Shown here: in pieces, positions 37,877-64,000 of the stretch
Position numbering within the stretch: the first letter of the stretch is position 1
Layout: the number at the start of each line of letters is the position of its first letter
Source of the DNA: Paragordius varius
Taxonomy: Eukaryota > Animalia > Nematomorpha
Length of the DNA: 64,000 nt
Reading direction: 5' to 3'
Assembly (NCBI GenBank): GCA_964247055.1
Contig: OZ176058.1
Coordinates: forward strand, 620,001 to 684,000
The notes under the pieces: model-generated
The model's database searches: none
What the model was told of the DNA's origin: nothing
The model's input: the letters and a program-made list of their open reading frames with translations, nothing else
Position numbers and translations under genes: made by a program

Positions 37877-38962
37877 TTAAATAATCAATATTTTTTTTAA
37901 TTTTAAATAATTATTAAATATTTTTTATCAAACTTTAAAAATATCGATGTTTTTTAATCTATAATTTATTATTTTTAACCATTTTTTTTAAACTTTTTCA
38001 AAAGTATTTTCAAACTTTTCAAAATATTTCATAAATCGAAATTTATAAACCAAACTTTAAAAATATTTCAAAACTCAAAATATTTCAAATTTTAAAAAAA
38101 GTATAATAAACTTTAAATATATTTAAAAATCAAAGTATTTCTAACTTTTTTTAAAAAAACCAATCATAAACAAATTTTCAAACTTATCAATTTTTTTATA
38201 ATATCTATAAATAATCTAAATATTTATAAATATTTTAAATCTAACTAAATAATTTCTTACACAGATAAGCGGTCCGCATTAATTTTAACTGGTTGGTCCG
38301 TCATAACTGAAGCCGAATAATTATTTAAATAAAAACCAAAAAAATTTTTTTTTACAAAAACTAAAATAAATTATAATTTTTTTAATTATTTTTTAAACAA
38401 AAAAAAACTTTTTATTATAACTTTCAAAATCAATATTTAACTTAAAATTTATAATTTTTTAAACAAATAAAATTTTTATAAACTTTTTTTAATTTACAAC
38501 TATATTTTTAGAAAAGTCTCAAATTACTATTATAAATTTCAAGCTTTAAAAACACATCTCAAAAGTATTTCAAACTTATAAAAATATTTCAAAAAAACTT
38601 TTTATAAACTCTACTATTACCAAATATCAATATTTTTTTTAATTTACAACTATATTTTTAAAAATATTCACATTTAATTTTATAATCTTTTTACAAATTT
38701 AAAATCTAGAAAATACATCAATTTTTTTCAAAAAAATATTTCAAATTTATAAATCAAAAATTTTATAATCTTTTCTAGAAAATTCTAAATAAAATTCTTA
38801 CACAGAAAGGCGGTCCGCATTAATTTTAACGGGTTGGTCCGTCATAACTGAAGCTGAATAATTATTAAAGCTGGTTGATAGGAAACACAAGAAAGTCAAG
38901 AGAGCTAAAACGCAAAGGCTAAACGTGAATATGGCATTAATCCTTGACCAAAATGTATTCAT
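28014..38962 (-). CDS. SPCS3: Signal peptidase complex subunit 3 (SPC22/23), 5 exons, 207 aa
   Basis: complement join(38802-38962,35138-35211,34139-34215,31681-31826,28014-28179). GT-AG introns, frame continuous. MNTFWSRINAIFTFSLCVLALLTFLCFLST (TM anchor), DFTG..LGFLT, LFNWNVKQLFVYVVAEY, NQVILWDKII, KYYFWDDG, NITLSMYWNVIPNTG, FAFPSTY. Confidence 0.93.
28612..29282 (-). repeat. Three acceptor-side echoes of SPCS3 exon 5
   Basis: ag|CGGAAATAA(A/G)AATATTACGCTTTCCATGTA(T/C)TGG at 28612-28653, 28854-28885, 29241-29282. Confidence 0.9.
29376..29610. mobile_element. MITE family B in SPCS3 intron 4
   Basis: Tandem TTCAAATTCACC repeats at left; GGGGTGAATTTGAAC at right. Confidence 0.65.
29727..31437 (-). 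repeat. Five donor-side echoes of SPCS3 exon 4
   Basis: KPKYYFWDDGRGGL copies near 31389, 31014, 30477 (partial), 30168, 29727. Confidence 0.9.
31947..33112 (-). repeat. Four acceptor-side echoes of SPCS3 exon 4
   Basis: Copies of the exon start ag|GAATTAAATCAAGTCATTTTATGGGAC, starting near 31984, 32381, 32745, 33112 (the last two partly deleted). Confidence 0.9.
37074..38325 (-). repeat. Three donor-side echoes of SPCS3 exon 1
   Basis: 38261-38325 and 37704-37768 encode NNYSASVMTDQPVKINADRLS|gtaag; degenerate copy about 37074-37095. Confidence 0.92.
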
Positions 38963-41917
38963 TCTTTGAGATTTGTGAAACTTTCTAGAATTTTCTGGAA
39001 TTTTCTAGAATTCGATTTAAAAAAATTATTTATCTACAATTGAAAGATTTTATCGAGATTCCGAAAAATATTCTAAAATTTTTGTAAGTTTTTAATAAGT
39101 TTTAATAAGTTATCGGGGGTTTTCAAATTTTTCTGAAATTATTTGGAGTTTTTAAAAATTTAGAAAAAAACAGGTTTTCAAAGTATAAATTTTTTTAGAA
39201 AACTTTAGATTTACAGGTTTCTAAGATTCTGGATTTTTAAAAGTTTCTAATATATTTAATGTGTTTAAATTAAAATATTACTTTGCGACTGTCGTGAATT
39301 TTGAATCAGATGATAACACACGTCTCAATTATGAATGTCAGAAAAACAGTATGTTACATAATATATTATGTAATTTATTATTTCTTTAATCATATATATT
39401 TAGTTTTTACGAAGAAAATATGGGGATAATCTTTTACAATTTTAGAATGTTATATATCAGGCTTTGGTTATATTAGTTCTAACATTTATATGTGGTTACA
39501 ATACAGATAACAGTTAGATCGAGATTTAAAAACGGCTGCCTAACACAAGTAGCTTAGCTCTCCGTAAAATATATCGATATTATGGGACATTTAATAGTTT
39601 TCAAAAATAAAATTGTGAAAATATAGCGTTTACAATTTTAAACTATTTATTTAATCAATTATTAGTCCAGTTCCAAAATTTGAAAAGATATTAGCAGAAA
39701 TGGTTTCAAATATAATTCACTATAATTTGTTAAAATAGCACTTTTTTTGCGAATAAGATATAATTATATGTATTGAATATTTGTACCCCGCGATCTGTCC
39801 TGGTTTATATCGATACAAATAGGGATACTTGAGCAGAATTTTTTTTCAAAATTACTGAAAGAAACGTTTGTAATTTAAAACAAAGCGTCTAAAATAGAAT
39901 AAAAAAATTAAATTTAAAAAAATTTTAGTTTTCAAAACAAAGTCCAAACCATATTTAATTCACAATAATTTTGCTAAATATCGTGTTTATTTAATTCAAA
40001 CAATAAAATTAAGCTAATTTTTTTATTTAAATCACGTCTAATAATAAGATTAAAAGTGATTTGCTGCATTTGCGCACATGTCATTTGACTAATATTTTTT
40101 GAGGTTTATTAAATAAGCATTAACATTTTTTTAGTGATTCTTTTTTTATATTTCGGTGTATTAACACTTCGATTTAAATTGCGGTGAATGCTCCAGACAA
40201 TAGTTAAATTTATATTTTTAGAAACTATTAAAAGAAACGGTTTCTATTTAAATTAATGCTACTATCCTAATAATAATGTTATGTATAAGCTCGAAAATAT
40301 CTTAAATTTAGTTTTGAATAACAAGTTCCGTTATCAAATTACTTGGACGCCATTTTTTTACAATTTTTTTAACGTGTTTATGAGATTAAGATAAATATAT
40401 TTACTTTTTTAAAAAAATTACATTTAACAGTGATATAAAAATAAAAAGTAGTATATTTTGCATTATTTTTATATTTAGCTTATGCACACGTGTGATGTTG
40501 GCTAAATTTTTACCTTTGGGTTTTACCTCTGAATAGGTAATATCAAGTATTGCTTGATTTTATCTGTATTACTATTCATTAATGTTATATAGGAGTAAAT
40601 ATTGCCATATTAATTTATTACATATTTTTAAACATCTAATTTAAAACAACCTGGGATATTTAACTAACCCACTTTTAATTGAAGGACTGAAATGAGTGTG
40701 TTGTATCCAAGTGATGTTATATATATAAAGGCTAGCTTTTGCAATGGTTTTAAATTATTCCATATTTTTATACATATTTGATTTTAAACAGGTCTTAAAA
40801 TTCTAAAGACCCTAGTTTAAATCGAACTGAAATGAATAATATGGTATTTTTAACTGGTGTAAGTAACTAGATCAACAACAACTCTAAATGTTATACTTTA
40901 TATTAAAAAAGTAGGCGATCTATTAAATTAAATTTATTGTGCTGTTAAAATAAGTTATGTGGGGAATGTTTTGCCCTTTTATTTAAATTTATTGTAAAAA
41001 AATATTACGTTTTATAGTCTTGTAAAATTTGAGTTGTATTACTATATAGGATAGCGATAATAATTAGGCCAGAATAATCATTAAAAACGATTACAAAATC
41101 GGGGGTATATAAAATAACCTGGTGAAATATATATTTCAAAAAAAAATGTATCACGAGCTTTAGAGTTTTTGTTTTGGCGCTTACGAGTTTAGAAAGCTTT
41201 TTACAATTTTCTGGTAAATGCTCCGTGTAAAACATATGACAAAATTTGATTACATTTTTTAAATAATTTTTTTTGGTGCGGTAGAGGGTTCATTTTTAAA
41301 TGACTAGATTCTTAAACTACATATAAACAAAACAATATTCTCAAATTTTTTTTAATTTTGAGTGGCCTGTAAAAATTACAATTTTCGCTCCCCTTTTAGC
41401 TTATCCGATAAAAATATTAAATAAATGCTAAATTAAAATATAATATTTTAAATGCATAATTTAATTTTTAGCAAAATTAGGTTGATGTCTACTTTATAAT
41501 ATTTTGAGGCATGATGAAAACCACATAAAAATAATAAAAACACTTTTTAATTTTTTTCAATCCCAGCATTATTGCGTTTTTTAAAAGAACTCATTTAGAA
41601 AATCAAAAAAATTTGACTTAAAGAGATACCTCATAACATTAAAATTTTTTACAAATTTATAATTTACTTTTTATAAGGAGTTTTTATTTGGGTAATATTT
41701 TTTGGAACCTATACTTTACCCAAATTTTATTTAATCAATCACAAATCGGCTACCACAAACGTGTAAAAAACTTTGTTCTAGGTCAAAATTAAAAGCACCA
41801 TGATAACCCACAAACATTTCTCTATCAGAATATATATATTCCAGGCGTCCCAATCATGGAAGCAGTATAATTTGGTGTATAGATTCATTACATTGCTATT
41901 ATGTGGAAATATACACT

Positions 41918-42135
41918 AAAAACTGAAATTATACGGACACGTAAAGGTATAAAGACAAATATTTTTTTACTTAAAGACAACCATATCTTTTCAAACCGTA
42001 AATATTTCTATATAAGCTATTATACAATTGTAAAATATATGGATTGCCTTGGTGATATATGCCTCTATTTGACTTTGCCATTTGAACAAATTCTTTAAAG
42101 AATTAAAATTTAGAACGTGTGGTTCTTTTTTAAAA
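41918..42135. mobile_element. MITE family A copy upstream of PSMA7
   Basis: GAAATTATACGGACACGTAAAGGTATAAAGACAAATA...AAAGACAACCATA with a degenerate right TIR. Confidence 0.6.
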
Positions 42136-43130
42136 TAATTGTCTCTTTATTCCACCTTTTTAGGTATTTATTGTTTAAAAATTTATTTGTTTAAAAATAA
42201 TCATACGATTTGATTTTTTTTATAAGAAAGTAAAGCTATTTTGCAATTTTTAAGTCGAATTTTAATTTGGATATAAAACAAGTAGCTGATAACAAATTCT
42301 CAAAAAATAATAAATCTATGGTAAAATATATTTTGAAACCCCTTTCCAATTTGTTTATCGATTTAACTTGAAAAAGTCGGTTAAGAATTGTTTTTTTAAA
42401 TTTACATTAGTTGTTGCTTATGCGCGCCTTATAGGTTAAAAATACATATTCTTTGGCCGATTAACCTTTAAAATTTGAAATATTAAAATAAAGTTCGTTT
42501 TGATAATATAACTAACCCTTATATTATGGAATGTTTAATTATTTTAATTTATAATATAGACATTTTACTAAAAGCAAATTATATTTTTACATGTAGAGTT
42601 GAGTAGTTAAATAGTGAATGTAAATTTATTTTTCTTATATAATAAAATAATTTTTTCAATAAATAAAATAAAGATATATAAAATTAAAGAATTGCTTTGT
42701 GGTATAAAACCCCCTAAAATTAGGGAATGTTTATTATTTAAATTTATATTATGGCCATTACTAAAGGCAAATTCTATTTATACATGTAGATTTGAGTTGT
42801 TCAGTGTAAATTAAATTTTAATTTAATAAATTTTTTTAAATTAAAGAAAAATTGCTTTGTGTTATAAAACTATCCCTAAAATTATGGAATATTTAATTAT
42901 TTGAATTTAGATTATAAACATCCTACTAAAAGCAAATTTTATTTATACATATAATGCTAAGTTTTTGAAAGGTGAATGTATATTTGCTAATTATATACGA
43001 AAATTTTTAATATATAAATATATAAAATTAAATTATACTTATAAAAATTTTTAAGATACAATATTTTAAATAAAACACCAGACATTTTAACTCTTTTGCC
43101 TTATACCACACATATCACATTTTGAATTGA

Positions 43131-61989
<18,859 letters not shown>

Positions 61990-62168
61990 AATTTTTATAC
62001 TAAAAAAATTTTTTTTGACTAAAAAAAGTCATTTTTTTAAACTATAAATGTTTCAATAAATTTAGTTAAACTTAAATGATTTATATAAGGTTGATTATAT
62101 ATTGATAGTAAAAATATAATTAAAATTTTACGGACAAAACGAAATTAATTTTGGTTACGAAAATATTA

Positions 62169-62413
62169 TATATCATTTAAAGTTCAAATACACCCTTGAA
62201 CGATTCAAATCCACCCTAAAAATAAAATATGTGTTTTCGGGCAGTTAATATAACTAACATTTATAAAAAAATCTAGATTTATGGCGCATAGTTTATATTT
62301 TTCAGTATAATTTTAAACATTTCCTTTTTAAAAATATAGTTTTTAAATTTATATATAATTCATTTTTAGGGTGAATTAAAATTGTTCGAGGGTGAATTTG
62401 AATCTGGTATATA
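62169..62413. mobile_element. MITE family B
   Basis: TATATCATTTAAAGTTCAAATACACCC... at left; ...GGGTGAATTTGAATCTGGTATATA at right. Confidence 0.7.
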
Positions 62414-62423
62414 TTTTCACTTA

Positions 62424-63620
62424 CAGGAAAAACTAAAATTATACGGACGAAATGTAAAAATATAAAGAAAAATATTTTTTTCAAAAGACAATCATACTCT
62501 TTTAATCTTGATTTTACTAATAAAACTCATTTTAAAATGCTAAGAATAAAAAAAGAGATTTATATTGGTAACATAATCAATTATAGATTTTAGGCTTGTT
62601 ATTTAGTATATTACTAGGATTAATTTAGGTTTGAAAAAGTATGGTTGTTTAGAAAAATTTTTTTTATCACTTTATTTTTAAGTTTTGTCCATATATAATA
62701 TTTACTGTAATATAATCATTATGTATAATTGAAGTTAAAAAGTTTGTAAAGGGAAAATTTTAAAAATAAGGATGGTTATTATAGAAATATCTTTTTATTT
62801 TTACGGTTTGTCCGTATAATTTCCTTTACTCTAAATCTGGGCTTATTAAAGTTAATCATGATTTTTCGAATAGATGGATATGTTAAGGTAGTAGCTAATT
62901 TAACCGTAAAAATTTAAATTATACGGACAAAACGTAAAAATATAAAGATAATGTTTTTTTCAAGAGACAACCATATTTATTTAATCTTGATTTTTTTAAT
63001 ATATAACTCATTGTTATAAACTACAAAGTATAATATAGTAATGTAAATTGATAACACAATAAATTATGTAATTAAACTTTGATTAATTAAGATTTAAAAA
63101 GTATGGTTGTTTTTTGATAGATTGAAATTATACGGATAAAACCTAAAAAAATAAAGACATTATTTTTATTTAAAAGACAACCCCATACTTTTTCAAACAT
63201 AAATCCTTTTAAAAGTATTTAATAAGAATCTTGAAATATGTTATTAATTCTGTTACCAATATACATAATTATTTTGGTCTGCAATTTAAAAACAATGAGT
63301 TATATTTAAAATAATCAAGCTATGGTTGTCTTTTCCAAAAAAATTGTCTTTATGTATTTTCCAGTTTTGTCCGTATAATTTCAAATTTTGCTGTATTTTT
63401 CTTCTAAATAACAACCATACTTTTTTAATCTTGATTTTTTTATTATATAACTCATTGTTTTAAACTACAAAATAATATAAAATAGATTGCGTTACCACTA
63501 TACATGTCTATTTAATGCTTTCCAATTTAGAACAATAAGTTATAATTACAACTAAGGTTTTAAGGATGGTTGTTTTTCTTTATATTTTCACGTTTTGTCC
63601 GTAATATAATTCATTTTCAG
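62424..63620. mobile_element. Cluster of four MITE family A copies plus fragments
   Basis: 62424-62707 (TA-CAGG...ACTG-TA), about 62905-63120, about 63122-63395, about 63400-63620. Confidence 0.75.
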
Positions 63621-63862
63621 TGAAAATCTTGCTTTATTATGCATAAAAAAACTCATACAATGAAAATGGGTAAGCAGATTAAAGTATAATTATAAATTTA
63701 AAATATTTATTTCATTGTAAATACAAATTTCAATTTTCATAATATATATAATTATATATATATATATATATAATCATAAATTTTATATAGGATATGATAT
63801 TATAAATGCAATATATATATATTTTCTAAATCTAATGTTAATTTTCTGGTATATAAATGGTG

Positions 63863-63903
<41 letters not shown>

Positions 63904-64000
63904 TGTATAAAAAAATCAAAATCACCGATAAATTGGAAAAATAAAATAATTTGAAAATTTATGCAAAAAAAGAAAAGAATATAATTTATGCTTAGTTACA

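Noticed and set aside
39270-41900. Hidden gene or transposase in the higher-GC spacer
   Set aside because: Scattered GC-richer patches, but no ORF or spliceable exon chain with a recognisable motif found by eye.

Overview
Extremely AT-rich eukaryotic DNA, most likely from an animal (PSMA7 sequence and intron positions are metazoan-like), using the standard genetic code. I reconstructed four GT-AG spliced genes by hand: the last three exons of a cupin-like gene resembling the C6orf89/CG2211 family (+, 2868-7428, 5' end outside the window), GAPDH (+, 14062-23537, 8 exons, 339 aa), signal peptidase subunit SPCS3 (-, 28014-38962, 5 exons, 207 aa) and proteasome alpha-7 PSMA7 (+, 43137-61989, 6 exons, 256 aa). 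Intergenic DNA is dense in small TIR elements (three MITE families, two with TA-CAGT...ACTG-TA ends). The outstanding feature is that most exon edges, with their splice site or stop codon, are repeated in tandem into the neighbouring intron or 3' flank as truncated 'echo' copies (about 85-90 by manual count, up to 13 at one junction). Intron length tracks echo number. The best-preserved echoes differ from the functional exon almost only at synonymous sites (8 synonymous/0 replacement in 35 GAPDH codons), although they cannot be spliced as exons. This suggests echoes cycle through the functional position by recombination, or were recently captured from diverged alleles. A mis-assembly origin still has to be excluded with long reads. 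All counts are manual; no searches were run.
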